The notes under the pieces: model-generated | Told to the model about the DNA's origin: nothing | Seen by the model: only the letters and a program-made list of their open reading frames with translations | Databases searched by the model: none | Made by a program: the position numbers and the translations under genes | NCBI GenBank assembly: GCA_963758295.1 | Contig: CAVWUU010000001.1 | Span: 768,001-832,000 of the forward strand | Length of the DNA: 64,000 nucleotides | Direction of reading: 5' to 3' | Source of the DNA: Candidatus Eremiobacteria bacterium | GTDB taxonomy: Bacteria; Vulcanimicrobiota; Vulcanimicrobiia; Vulcanimicrobiales; Vulcanimicrobiaceae | Shown here: one piece after another, positions 9,312 to 19,617 of the stretch | Numbering within the stretch: the stretch's first letter is position 1 | Layout of the letters: each line of letters starts with the position of its first letter

Positions 9312-10406
9312 ATGGCACTTTCATGCGGTATCGTGGGCTTGCCCAACGTCGGCAAGTCCACCATTTTCAATGCTCTCACACGTTCCGCACAAGCGCTTGC
9401 GGCGAACTATCCCTTTGCTACGATAGAACCGAACGTCGGCGAAGTGCCCGTGCCCGACGAGCGGCTCGGCATCCTTCAGGAACTGGTTACCGGCGAACGC
9501 GTTGTCCCGGCGACCGTGCGATTTGTCGACATCGCCGGACTCGTTCGCGGCGCAAGCACGGGTGAAGGTCTCGGAAACGCTTTCCTTAGCCACATCCGCG
9601 AGACGGACGCAATTGCCATGGTGGTGCGCTGCTTCGAAGATGCAAACGTAACGCACGTAGAGGGCGATCCGGATCCAAAACGCGACATCGAAATCATTTC
9701 CATCGAACTTGCGCTCGCCGACCTTTCCACCATGCAAAAGCGCGTCGACAAACTCGAACGCGAAGCGCGGGCAAACCCGAAGCTGCGCGACCGCCTCCAA
9801 GCCGCAAAATCGGTAGTAGCAGCGCTCGAAGCGGGAAACCCGGCGCGCAGCTTTGCAGCTGATTCGCTCGAAGCGGAAGTTGCGCTCGAATCGTTCTTGC
9901 TTACCGCCAAGCCGCTGCTCTACGTCGCGAACGTCGACGAAGGCCAAATCGGAAATCCCGGACCGCTGGTGAAGGCCGTTGAGGAGGTTGCTACGGCCGA
10001 AGGCAGCCGCGTCGTCATGCTATCGGGCAAAATCGAGTCCGAGCTCGCCGGCCTGTCGGATGAAGAGGCACGCGAGTTCTGCGCCGAGCTGGGCATCGAA
10101 CGCAGTGGGCTCGACGAGCTGGCGCTTACCGCATACGACATGCTCGGGCTCATGACGTTCCTTACCGCAGGCGAAAAAGAAGTGCGCGCATGGACGATTA
10201 CCAAGGGCTCGAAAGCGCCGCAAGCAGCCGGCAAAATCCACAGCGATATCGAGCGAGGGTTTATTCGCGCAGAGATCGTTTCGTATGGCGATTACGTCGC
10301 ACTTAAGACCATGGACGCGCTCCGGGCTGCCGGAAAAGTCAGAAGCGAAGGCAAGGAATACATCATGCAAGAGGGCGATGTTGTGAATTTTCGCTTCAAC
10401 GTGTAG
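9312..10406 (+). CDS. ychF: Redox-regulated ATPase YchF
   Basis: GIVGLPNVGKST, NYPFATIEPN, DIAGLV, TGS domain ending FRFNV. Confidence 0.97.
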   Translation: MALSCGIVGLPNVGKSTIFNALTRSAQALAANYPFATIEPNVGEVPVPDERLGILQELVTGERVVPATVRFVDIAGLVRGASTGEGLGNAFLSHIRETDAIAMVVRCFEDANVTHVEGDPDPKRDIEIISIELALADLSTMQKRVDKLEREARANPKLRDRLQAAKSVVAALEAGNPARSFAADSLEAEVALESFLLTAKPLLYVANVDEGQIGNPGPLVKAVEEVATAEGSRVVMLSGKIESELAGLSDEEAREFCAELGIERSGLDELALTAYDMLGLMTFLTAGEKEVRAWTITKGSKAPQAAGKIHSDIERGFIRAEIVSYGDYVALKTMDALRAAGKVRSEGKEYIMQEGDVVNFRFNV

Positions 10407-10469
10407 GGGGAAGCGAGGTTTCTCAAGTAGTGGGTAGGGTTTGAACTCCGCCGGAGGCTTTTTCTCTCT

Positions 10470-11729
10470 ATGACCACTGCAGTGCGCGAGGTCTCGGTTT
10501 TTGGAGACGGTATCGCCTATTTCAACGAGGCAGCCGATCTTCTTCAACTCGATTCCGGAATGCGCCGAATTCTGACGCATCCGTCGCGTCAAATTATCTT
10601 CTCGATCCCCTTTCAACGCGATAGCGGCGAATTCGAAGTTTATACCGGCTACCGCGTGCAGTACAATTTCGCTCGCGGCCCCGCAAAGGGCGGCATTCGC
10701 TTCCATCCCGGCGTCACGCTGGATGAAGTGACGGCGCTGGCGTTTTGGATGACGTGGAAATGCGCCGTCGTTGACCTGCCTTTCGGCGGTGGTAAAGGCG
10801 GCGTCACTTGCGATCCGTCGACGCTTTCCCAAAACGAACTCGAACGAATCACGCGCCGTTACGCCGCGGAGCTCGTCGAAGTCGTCGGTCCGGACAAAGA
10901 CGTTCCGGCCCCCGACGTAAACACGACGCCGCAGGTGATGGCATGGTTTATGGATACGTACTCGATGCACGTTCGTCAGAACGTTCCGGGTGTCGTTACC
11001 GGTAAGCCGCTGGAAATCGGCGGTTCGCGCGGACGCGTCGAAGCGACGGGCCGTGGCGTAACGATCTGCGCGCTCGATGAAATGAATCAACTCGGTATGA
11101 ATCCCGAGCAGGCGCGCGTCGTGATCCAAGGCTTCGGTAACGTCGGCCTCTACGCGGCGAAACTCTTCGCCGAGCGCGGCTGCAAAGTCGTCGGTATTTC
11201 CGACGTCACGGGCGCGTATTACAACGACAAGGGGCTCGACATTCTCTCCGCAGTGGAACACACCGCGAAGCACCGGAATCTCGAGGGCTTCAAAGGCGGA
11301 GACAAGATCAGCAACGGCGAGCTGCTTACGAGCGAGTGCGACGTCCTCGTGCCGGCCGCGCTCGAAAAAGTCTTCACGAGCGAAAACGCCTCTAAGGTCA
11401 AAGCGAAGCTCATCGTTGAAGGCGCGAACGGCCCCACGACTCCGGAAGCCGATCGCATTTTCCAGCAAAACGGCATCGTCGTCATCCCCGACATCATGGC
11501 GAACGCCGGCGGCGTCACGGTTTCGTACTTCGAATGGGCACAAGACCGCATGGGCTACTTCTGGAAGGAATCCGAAGTCAACGAGCGCCTCGAAGAGACG
11601 CTGCTCTCCAATCTCGGCGAACTGCGCGCAATCAAGAACGCCCGCAGCACCACGTTCCGCACCGCCGCTTACGCGCTCGCCATCGACCGCGTCGTCAAGG
11701 CGCTCAAGCTGCGCGGCATTTACGCGTAA
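10470..11729 (+). CDS. gdhA: Glu/Leu/Phe/Val dehydrogenase, most likely glutamate dehydrogenase
   Basis: GPAKGGIRF, GGGKGG, DVPAPDVNT, QGFGNVG, EGANGPTT, NAGGVTVSYFEW. Confidence 0.95.
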   Translation: MTTAVREVSVFGDGIAYFNEAADLLQLDSGMRRILTHPSRQIIFSIPFQRDSGEFEVYTGYRVQYNFARGPAKGGIRFHPGVTLDEVTALAFWMTWKCAVVDLPFGGGKGGVTCDPSTLSQNELERITRRYAAELVEVVGPDKDVPAPDVNTTPQVMAWFMDTYSMHVRQNVPGVVTGKPLEIGGSRGRVEATGRGVTICALDEMNQLGMNPEQARVVIQGFGNVGLYAAKLFAERGCKVVGISDVTGAYYNDKGLDILSAVEHTAKHRNLEGFKGGDKISNGELLTSECDVLVPAALEKVFTSENASKVKAKLIVEGANGPTTPEADRIFQQNGIVVIPDIMANAGGVTVSYFEWAQDRMGYFWKESEVNERLEETLLSNLGELRAIKNARSTTFRTAAYALAIDRVVKALKLRGIYA

Positions 11730-11745
11730 GCCTAAAGCCCGCAAA

Positions 11746-11782
11746 TGAAGACGGCCGCTCTTGAGAGCGGCCGTCTTATTTT
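11746..11782 (+). terminator. Intrinsic terminator after gdhA
   Basis: aagacggccgctc-ttga-gagcggccgtctt perfect stem followed by atttt. Confidence 0.85.
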
Positions 11783-11795
11783 CGTTCGCGAACCA

Positions 11796-11980
11796 CGTCA
11801 TCCTGAGCCTGTCGAAGGGCAGACGCATCTCAGCACATGCTTTCGTGCAGCTCGTTTTGTTTGGCATGCCGTTAACGATTAGATGCGCCCCTGGTTCGAC
11901 AAGCTCACCATGACGGCACTTCGTCGTGAGTTTGTCGAAGGAAATTCGTCATCCTGAGCTTGTCGAAGGACAAGCGCATC
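11796..11980. repeat. REP/REPIN-like repeat cluster
   Basis: cgtcatcctgagcctgtcgaag...ttcgacaagctcaccatgacg inverted pair plus two more copies; same family as the 42.7-43.9 kb array. Confidence 0.85.
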
Positions 11981-12004
11981 GCACCATCGCTCATATACTC
12001 GGGC

Positions 12005-12328
12005 CTAAAATTGTAACTGCTCGGAAATAGGCTCCGTAGGTAAGTCTGCGCTTTTCCAGGCGGCGTAGCCGCCCTCGAGGGCGCGGGCGTTGTAGCCGCG
12101 TTCGCGGAGTTCTTCGGCGAGGACGCTGCACGAATTGCCGCTGCCGCAATATAAGACGATGTTGTCGTTGAAGTGGAACGGAACGAATTCAGCGCTGGAA
12201 AGAGCCTCGGCGTCGTAGCGTTCGGAGCCCGGGATTTGGCGGTCGTCGGGCTTTTTGCGAATATCGATGATTCGTACTTTACCCGCGTCGCGCGAGAGCG
12301 TTTCGGCGTCGATCTTCTCGTCCATCAT
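12005..12328 (-). CDS. Rhodanese-like domain protein
   Basis: IIDIR, IPGS, LYCGSGN, LEGGYAAW. Confidence 0.88.
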   Translation of the reverse strand: MMDEKIDAETLSRDAGKVRIIDIRKKPDDRQIPGSERYDAEALSSAEFVPFHFNDNIVLYCGSGNSCSVLAEELRERGYNARALEGGYAAWKSADLPTEPISEQLQF

Positions 12329-12348
12329 TCAAGCGTACCATAAAAAGG

Positions 12349-12387
12349 AAACCAAAGAGCCGCGGCTTTTGCCGCGGCTCTTTGGTT
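12349..12387 (-). terminator. Intrinsic terminator after the GDSL gene
   Basis: aaccaaagagccgcggc-tttt-gccgcggctctttggtt perfect stem; T run follows on the minus strand. Confidence 0.8.
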
Positions 12388-12403
12388 CTCGGAACGCCGG
12401 ACG

Positions 12404-14072
12404 CTAATGCGGTGCGTACGGATCCGGGATGCCAGGCGGGTTGTTTTGACCCGCACCGCTATAGATGGCTTGAACGTCCGATTCGGTCATCGGCGCAATG
12501 GTAGCGCCGTAGCCCTGATCGATCACGGCGATGAACGCCTGGGCGATCAGCGCGTAGCCGGTGTTCGACGGATGCAGGCCGTCGAAGCTCAACAAACCGC
12601 CGCCGAAAGTGAGCGTGCAGCACTTGCCGGGATTGACGCCCGCCGCCGCTTGGAAGAACGGGTTCGACGGGTTGCCGCTGGCGATACCGTTGAAAATCGA
12701 CGTGATGTCGACGAGCGGAACTTTGTTCGCCGTTGCAGCTGCGCCGATGGCGGCGTTCATCGTGTCGTTGTAGCTCTGCACTTGGGTCGCAAGCGCCGGC
12801 GTGATGTACAACTGCCCTAGTCCCGTTCCGGCGCCGTTCGGATTCAGGTTGATATTCGTCGGCGTTACGGCGCCGGTCGTGGGGTTAACGGCCTGCTGGA
12901 ACGCATCAAGCAAACCGGTTTCCGTAAGGTAGCCGCCGGTCGGCCCGAGGTTGTACGTCGTAACGATGTACGAAACGATCGCCGTTGCTGCCGCTTGCGC
13001 GTCGGTGATTGCGTTCGGGTCGCCGTGCGCGCCGTAGATGTTCGCAAGGACGGATTCATACACGCAGAACGCATAGGTTTGCACTTGGCATACCGCAGCG
13101 GACGGCGGAGTGTTCAGGCTGGCGAACTGCGGCGTTTCAAGAATGTTCGGAAGATTTGCGACGACGACTTTTGCCCCGACGCCTTGCAGCGAGATGATGA
13201 TCTTCGTCATGTCCGCTTGTATTTGCGAACCGCTCGTGTCGACGGTGCAGACACCGTTGATTAGGTGCGTGCTGTCGCCGCCGCAGAATTGGCCGGCGGA
13301 GAACGTGAACTTCAGCACGTCGTTCGCGCCGAGCCATACCGTTGCAAGCGTCGGACGAAGCGAGACGGCTGCGCTGAGTTCGGTAAGGTTGCTGCCCAGG
13401 TTTTGGAACTGGCCGAGCACCGGATAGAACAGCTCGCTTTCGCCGTTTACGATCGAGAGCAGGCCTTGCGCTGCAACCGGAATGTTCGGAATTGTCGAGC
13501 AGGTCGGGGAGATTGGATGCGTCATCGCGATTGCTTCATGCAAAGTGATGCCCGGAACGGCGACGTCCAGCGGAGTCCCCATCGGCTGCATGCGCGTCGA
13601 TTGATACGTCGTTGCGCCGTAGGCGGCTTGATCTTCAGCCTCGCACGAACTGGCCTTCGACGGCGCAAACGGCACCGGCGACGTGGGCGCAACGTTGACG
13701 AGCTGGTTGCCCAGTCCCGGTCCCGCGATCAGCGGAAGAACCGACGTTGTCGGGTTCGCCATCGCCACCCACGGCAGATTGTTCGCGCGCTGATAGATCG
13801 AGAGACCAGAAGCCTGATTCTTGGCCCGGGACGACGATCGGAATCACGGCTCCCGGATTGGGATTCGGAACCGCGGGGCTGATCTGGCCGAGCTGTCCGG
13901 CCGACTGCTCGCCGAACGTGAGACTGTCGCCTACGCCGACGATGCGGCTCGTGAGCGGTCCCGGCGACGTGATCGGCAGAGGCGCCGGCGTGTTGGTCGC
14001 GCCACCGCCGCTACATGCGGCGAGCGACGCCAGAGCAGCAACGGCGAGTAGTTTTTGCGTTGAGAATTTCAT
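12404..14072 (-). CDS. SGNH/GDSL hydrolase lipoprotein, split by one extra base near 13800
   Basis: ORF 13635-14072 carries lipobox LAAC and GDSL; ORF 12404-13768 carries VAVPG, WLGAND and DGLHP; total span is 3n+1. Confidence 0.85.
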
Positions 14073-14090
14073 GGATGTGTAACCCTCGCC

Positions 14091-15278
14091 TTAGAACGGC
14101 AGCACGCTCGGCGAACCGATGCCGAACTGCAACTGGATTTGGGTCGCTTTCAACGCACCGATGACCGGTGCGCACATGCCGAGCGGGTTTTCGCACTCGA
14201 GTCCACGGACGCCGTACGAGCCTTCGTTCGTCGGGCCGCCGCTATTGAGCACGGCTTGAATGAAGGTGGTCTTACTCGTACGATACGACGCGCCGACGAA
14301 GTACGCAAAGAGATGCTGTGCGTATTTGTCGGTCGGCAGATAATCGCGCGATTCTTGCGGCTCCAAGAAGAACGTCGTCCGATTGGTCGGCGTGTATTCG
14401 AGATAGAGGATCTGATAGATCTGCGGGTGATTTTCTTGGTTCAAACCGGCCGTGTTTACGAGCCAGCTCGGCGCCGCGGTGAACGTTCCAAACATTTTCG
14501 GCGTCTTTAGGAACGGCAGGGTGAACGCAAGGGAATCCACTTGCGCCGAACGCGTCTTCACGTCGTAGAACGACGGGCCGTCGGGCGGATCCGCCGCGAA
14601 CGGAACGACGTCGCTGTGGTTCGTTGCCGCGCCGATGTACGACGTACGCGTTACGTACGTCGGTGAAATGACGAGCGGCAGCGGGCGGCCCTTTACGTCG
14701 CCGAGGAACAAGAGTTTCTGGAGCATGAATAGGCCGAACGTGTCTTTGGTACGCAGGTTCAACTGCGTGGGCGTGCAGCCGTTCGCGGTGGAATTATCGA
14801 GGTTCGCGCATCCGACCGGGTTGGCGAAACCGCGCAGATAAACGGGCACCGTGCCGCTGTTGAAGCCCATCGGATAGTGCTGGATCTGATACATGCTGGC
14901 GACGAAGCGCGTCGTAGGATTGAAGCCGTAGCCGGCAACGAGATCGACACCGCCCGGTAGCCATTGTTTCCCGAACGAGCCGACATCGCCGAACGACCGC
15001 GCGATCGACAAATCAGCGGTGTATGTGAATCCAACCGGAAGGCCCATCGCGGCTGCTCCGCCGACGGGTTGTTGCGTGACCGGTGGCACTTGCGCCACGG
15101 TCGAGTCGCCGGTTTTCGGCGCCGGCGAGGCCGGCGTCATCGCGTTTTTGATGGCCGTATTTGCGCCGTCGACTACGGTCCCGTACGGCCCCGTGTCTGC
15201 ATTTGCGGGCAAAGCGGACAATCCGAACGAGAGCGCCATAATAAAGGCGCCGCCCGTCCGAAAGAGGGTTTTGAGCAT
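14091..15278 (-). CDS. Exported hypothetical protein, possible outer-membrane beta-barrel
   Basis: Signal peptide (ANA-D), alternating aromatic beta-like segments, C-terminal Phe. Confidence 0.7.
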   Translation of the reverse strand: MLKTLFRTGGAFIMALSFGLSALPANADTGPYGTVVDGANTAIKNAMTPASPAPKTGDSTVAQVPPVTQQPVGGAAAMGLPVGFTYTADLSIARSFGDVGSFGKQWLPGGVDLVAGYGFNPTTRFVASMYQIQHYPMGFNSGTVPVYLRGFANPVGCANLDNSTANGCTPTQLNLRTKDTFGLFMLQKLLFLGDVKGRPLPLVISPTYVTRTSYIGAATNHSDVVPFAADPPDGPSFYDVKTRSAQVDSLAFTLPFLKTPKMFGTFTAAPSWLVNTAGLNQENHPQIYQILYLEYTPTNRTTFFLEPQESRDYLPTDKYAQHLFAYFVGASYRTSKTTFIQAVLNSGGPTNEGSYGVRGLECENPLGMCAPVIGALKATQIQLQFGIGSPSVLPF

Positions 15279-15405
15279 TAAAACTTCTCCACCTGATCGG
15301 ACCGGAGTATTAAAAGTATCAGTTCCGGTTGACCCAGGTGTTGGTCTTGAGAAGTTTAAAACCCTCGTCCGCTTGCGTGAAAAGTCGCCCTCTTTACGCC
15401 CTTTT

Positions 15406-18400
15406 TCAGACGTTCGACGGCGTCGCGATCGGCTCGACTTGGACGGTACGCGCGTGGCCGTTGGTCTTGCCCTGGCGCTTTCCGCGAAGCTCGAATCCTT
15501 TGATGATGATGTACAGCACCGGGGTGATCGCGAGGTTCAGGAACGTCGAGAAGAGCATGCCGCCGAAGACCACCGTTCCGAGCGAATGGCGTGCCGCGCT
15601 GCCTGCGCCCGAGGCGTAGACGAGCGGCAGCATCGCGATAACGAAGGCGATCGACGTCATCAGGATCGGGCGAAGTCGCGTTTGCGCGGCACGAAGGGCG
15701 GCGGTGACCACGTCGGAGCCTGCCCGGATCTGTTGGTTCGCGAACTCGACGATAAGAATCGCGCTCTTGCTGGCGAGACCGATAAGCATGACGTACCCGA
15801 CCTGCGCATAGGCATCTTGGGAGATGCCGCCGGCCCCGCCGAGCAGCCACGGGATCCACTGCAGCGGTCCCGGCAAGATGAAGAACCCGATGCCGACGAT
15901 GCTGCGGTAGTTCATGAACAGCAGCGCGCCGAGCAACGCCGCCGGCACCGCGAGAATAACGATGAGCGGGTCGATGAAGCTCTCGTACTGCGCCGCGAGC
16001 ACGAGGTACACGAAGATGATGCCGAGGCCGAAGATGATCGTCGTCTGGATGCCGGCTTCCATCTGATCGAGCGTGAGACCCGACCATTCGTAGCCGACGC
16101 CCTTGCCGTCGTACTTCTTCGCGAGGGCCTGCATCGTGTCGATCGACTGGCTGGTGCCGTATCCTGGTTTTGTCTGGCCGTTGATCTCGATGTTGCGGAA
16201 CAGGTTGTAGTGCGAGATGTTCGGCGCCGACAGCTGCACGTTCGAATCGACGAGCGCCGAAAGCGGCGACAATCCGCCGGCATTCGAGCGAACGTAGAGG
16301 TCTTGCAGCGACCCTACGCGATCGCGGTACGGCGTATCGGCTTGCACGTAAACGCGGTACGACCGGTTCGCGTAGTTGAAGTCGTTGACGTAGAGCGAGC
16401 CAAGGTCCGTCTGCATCGTATTGAAGACGTCGCTCAGCGATGCGCCCATTGCCTTGACTTTATTGCGGTCGACGTTGACTTGCAATTGCGGGGAATTCAC
16501 GCGGAATTGCGTGTTGACTTGGCTCAGCGGCGTGTTGGGCTGATTCGCGCCGGCGATGATTTGGTTCGCAACACCCGTAAGCGCAGGCAAACCGACGTTT
16601 CCGCGATCTTCCAGTTCGAACGAGAACCCGAAAGTATCCAGCCCGAAGATCGCCGGCGGCGGGAAAGCCACGACGGACGCTTCCGGAATTTGCTGTGAGA
16701 ACTTCGGAACGATTGCGTTCTTTCCGTAGAACAGCATCGGGCCGATTTGCTGGTTCGAATCTTTCTGACGTTCGCCCCATGGCGAAAGCTGCACGAACAT
16801 GATGCCCTTGTTAGGCGACGATCCGGTGAAGCTGAAGCCGCCCACGTCAAACACGTCCGCGACGCCCGGCGTGTTGCGGATGATGTTCTCCGCCTTCACC
16901 GCAACGGCGTGTTCGTTCGCAAGCGACGTGCCTTCAGGCGCCTGGACAAGGGTAAGGAAGTATCCTTGGTCTTCCGACGGGATGAAGCCGCCGGGTGTTG
17001 ATTTGAACAGGAAGAACGTAAGCGCGAGCGCGCCGGCAAAGCACAGCATCACGAGCCAGCGGCGTTTGAACAGCACCGGCAACGTGAGACGGTAGCGCGC
17101 TTTGAATCCGCGGAAGCCGCGGTTGAACGCGCCGAAGAAGCCTCGTGTCGCTTCCGGTTTGTCGTAAAGAAGAATCGACGAGAGCACCGGCGCCAGCGTC
17201 AACGCTGAAAAGAGCGAGATCGTAATCGACGCCGCGATGGTCAAAGCGAACTGCTTGTAGAGCAAGCCCGTCGTTCCCGGAAAGAACGCGACCGGAGTGA
17301 AGACCGAGAAGAGCACGAGCGAAGAAGCGACCACCGCGCTTTGAATCTCGTCCATAGCGGCCCTCGCACCGGCGATGCCTCCCAACTTGTGTTCGGTCAT
17401 GTAGCGAGCGATGTTTTCGATGACGACGATCGCGTCGTCGACCACCAGTCCCGCGGCCAACGTCAACCCGAATAAGGTGATGGTGTTGATCGTAAAGCCG
17501 AAGATCTTCATGATGAAGAACGTGCCGATCAGCGAGATTGGGATCGTCGAAGCAGGGATCAGCGTCGAGCGGCCGCTCTGCAAAAAGAGATAGATGACGA
17601 GCACGACGAGCAGGATCGACAAAAGCAGCGTGATGACGACTTCTTTGATCGATTCTTTCACGAACAGCGTCGTGTCGAACGCGACTTTATAGGAAACGTC
17701 CGAAGGGAAGGAACGCGAGAGCTCGTCGAGCTTGTTCTTCACGCCGTTCGCAACGGATAGCGCGTTCGCCGTCGGAAGCTGCTGGACACCCAGACCCACG
17801 ACGTTTTGGTTGCCGTCGAAGCGGATGAAACTGTTGTAATCTTCCGCGCCCAGTTCGACGCGTGCGACGTCGCCGAGCTTCGTGAATCCGCCGTTAGGAT
17901 CGGACCGTATGATGATGTTCGAGAACTGCTTGGGATCGCTGAGGCGACCGACCGCGTTAACGGTGTACGTGTACGGCTGATTCGCCGGCTCGGGCGCCGA
18001 GCCGATGCTTCCGGCCGCGACGTTCACGTTCTGCTCTTGGAGCGCGGCGACGACGTCGGTGGTCGCCAAACCGCGCGCCTGAAGCTCGTGCGGGTTGAGC
18101 CAAACCCGCATGGCGTAGCGGCGCTGGCCGAAGATCAAAACGTTCGAGACGCCGGAAACGCGCTTGAGGTCGTTGACGATGTTCAACTCCGCGTAATTGC
18201 TAAGGAACGTCGCATCGTGCGCGCCGGTCGATTCCAGCGCAAGCGCCATGACGAAGGCGCCGTTGTTCTTGTTGACGGTTACGCCGGTCTGCTTGACTTC
18301 GTTTGGAAGCTGGCCGAGCGCCGACTGCACGGCGTTTTGCACGTCGGTCGCGGCAATGTCGAGATTCGTTCCGAGGACAAACGTAGCCGTAACGGTCGAG

Positions 18401-18657
18401 GTACCCTGGCTGCTCGTCGAGCTGATGTAACGCAGACCTTCAACGCCGTTGATGGCGTTCTCGAGCGGCGTCGTAACGGCGCTCTCGACCGATTCCGGCG
18501 ACGCACCGATGTAGTTGGCCGTAACGGTAACTACGGGCGGCGCGATCTGCGGATACTGTGAAATCGGCAACGTGGGAATCGCCACGAGGCCCATAATCAG
18601 AATCACCGTCGAACAGACGATGGCCATGATGGGCCGGGTGAGGAAGAATCTCGTCAT
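15406..18657 (-). CDS. RND efflux permease (AcrB/HAE1 family)
   Basis: QYPQIAPP, GLVVDDAIVVIEN, KSAILIVEF, RLRPILMT; 1083 aa. Confidence 0.96.
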   Translation of the reverse strand: MTRFFLTRPIMAIVCSTVILIMGLVAIPTLPISQYPQIAPPVVTVTANYIGASPESVESAVTTPLENAINGVEGLRYISSTSSQGTSTVTATFVLGTNLDIAATDVQNAVQSALGQLPNEVKQTGVTVNKNNGAFVMALALESTGAHDATFLSNYAELNIVNDLKRVSGVSNVLIFGQRRYAMRVWLNPHELQARGLATTDVVAALQEQNVNVAAGSIGSAPEPANQPYTYTVNAVGRLSDPKQFSNIIIRSDPNGGFTKLGDVARVELGAEDYNSFIRFDGNQNVVGLGVQQLPTANALSVANGVKNKLDELSRSFPSDVSYKVAFDTTLFVKESIKEVVITLLLSILLVVLVIYLFLQSGRSTLIPASTIPISLIGTFFIMKIFGFTINTITLFGLTLAAGLVVDDAIVVIENIARYMTEHKLGGIAGARAAMDEIQSAVVASSLVLFSVFTPVAFFPGTTGLLYKQFALTIAASITISLFSALTLAPVLSSILLYDKPEATRGFFGAFNRGFRGFKARYRLTLPVLFKRRWLVMLCFAGALALTFFLFKSTPGGFIPSEDQGYFLTLVQAPEGTSLANEHAVAVKAENIIRNTPGVADVFDVGGFSFTGSSPNKGIMFVQLSPWGERQKDSNQQIGPMLFYGKNAIVPKFSQQIPEASVVAFPPPAIFGLDTFGFSFELEDRGNVGLPALTGVANQIIAGANQPNTPLSQVNTQFRVNSPQLQVNVDRNKVKAMGASLSDVFNTMQTDLGSLYVNDFNYANRSYRVYVQADTPYRDRVGSLQDLYVRSNAGGLSPLSALVDSNVQLSAPNISHYNLFRNIEINGQTKPGYGTSQSIDTMQALAKKYDGKGVGYEWSGLTLDQMEAGIQTTIIFGLGIIFVYLVLAAQYESFIDPLIVILAVPAALLGALLFMNYRSIVGIGFFILPGPLQWIPWLLGGAGGISQDAYAQVGYVMLIGLASKSAILIVEFANQQIRAGSDVVTAALRAAQTRLRPILMTSIAFVIAMLPLVYASGAGSAARHSLGTVVFGGMLFSTFLNLAITPVLYIIIKGFELRGKRQGKTNGHARTVQVEPIATPSNV

Positions 18658-18699
18658 TACAGCTTCCTACGGTACACCGTCTACGACGGCAGCTTGCAA

Positions 18700-19617
18700 T
18701 TAAGCGGTAAAGGCCTGCTCCGCGTGATACGAACTGCGGGAGAGCGGGCTCGATACTACTTGATGGAATCCCTTGGACTTCGCGATCGCGCCCAGGCGAT
18801 CGAATTTTTCCGGAGTGACGAACTCGACGACCGGAAGATGTTTCTTGGTGGGCTGCAGGTACTGACCCATCGTGAAGATGTCCACGCCGACGCCGCGTGC
18901 CGCATCCATTGCTTCCTCGACCTCGGCTTCGGTCTCGCCGAGTCCGAGCATCAACGACGTCTTCGTGTAGCGTTCCGGAGCGCGGCGTTTCGCGTGATCC
19001 AGAATCCGCAGCGACTGGTCGAAGGTTGCACGCTTGTCGCGAACGGTGGGCGACAAACGGCGGACCGTCTCCAGATTGTGCGCGAAGACGTCCGGCTTTG
19101 CGTCCATCACGATGTCGAGAGCGTTGAGGTCTCCGCGGTAGTCGCCGCTGAGAATCTCTACTTTAGAACCCGGCACTCGTTCGTGAATCGCACGAATCGT
19201 GTTAGCAAAAATCAAGGCACCGCCGTCGGCGAGATCATCGCGATCGACGGCCGTTAGAACCAGATACTGCCACCCGAGATCGCGAACCGCGTTCGCCACG
19301 CGAACCGGCTCCAGCCAATCCACGACGCCCTTCGGATTGCCGGTCTTGACGTTGCAGAAACGGCAGCCGCGCGTGCACGTATCACCAAGGATCATAATCG
19401 TCGCCGTTCCGGCGCCCCAGCACTCGGCGATATTCGGGCAGGCCGCTTCCTTACAGACGGTGTTCAGCGCCAGGGTATTCACCTTGGCCTTCACTCGTTC
19501 GTAATCTTCACCGGTGGGAAGCGAAACTCGCAGCCAGTCCGGTTTGCGGACGTGGTGCGGTTTCGACCCGGCGTTTGAAGCGGTGCGTACTGTCGTTAAA
19601 TCGATTTCGATAGCCAT
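18700..19617 (-). CDS. lipA: Lipoyl synthase
   Basis: CKEAACPNIAECW, CTRGCRFC, GQYLQP, RSSY. Confidence 0.97.
   Translation of the reverse strand: MAIEIDLTTVRTASNAGSKPHHVRKPDWLRVSLPTGEDYERVKAKVNTLALNTVCKEAACPNIAECWGAGTATIMILGDTCTRGCRFCNVKTGNPKGVVDWLEPVRVANAVRDLGWQYLVLTAVDRDDLADGGALIFANTIRAIHERVPGSKVEILSGDYRGDLNALDIVMDAKPDVFAHNLETVRRLSPTVRDKRATFDQSLRILDHAKRRAPERYTKTSLMLGLGETEAEVEEAMDAARGVGVDIFTMGQYLQPTKKHLPVVEFVTPEKFDRLGAIAKSKGFHQVVSSPLSRSSYHAEQAFTA

Noticed and set aside
10020..11867. 615-aa minus-strand ORF
   Set aside because: Antisense shadow of gdhA/ychF caused by codon bias; no motifs.
15019..16698. 559-aa plus-strand ORF
   Set aside because: Antisense to the RND permease; no recognisable domain.
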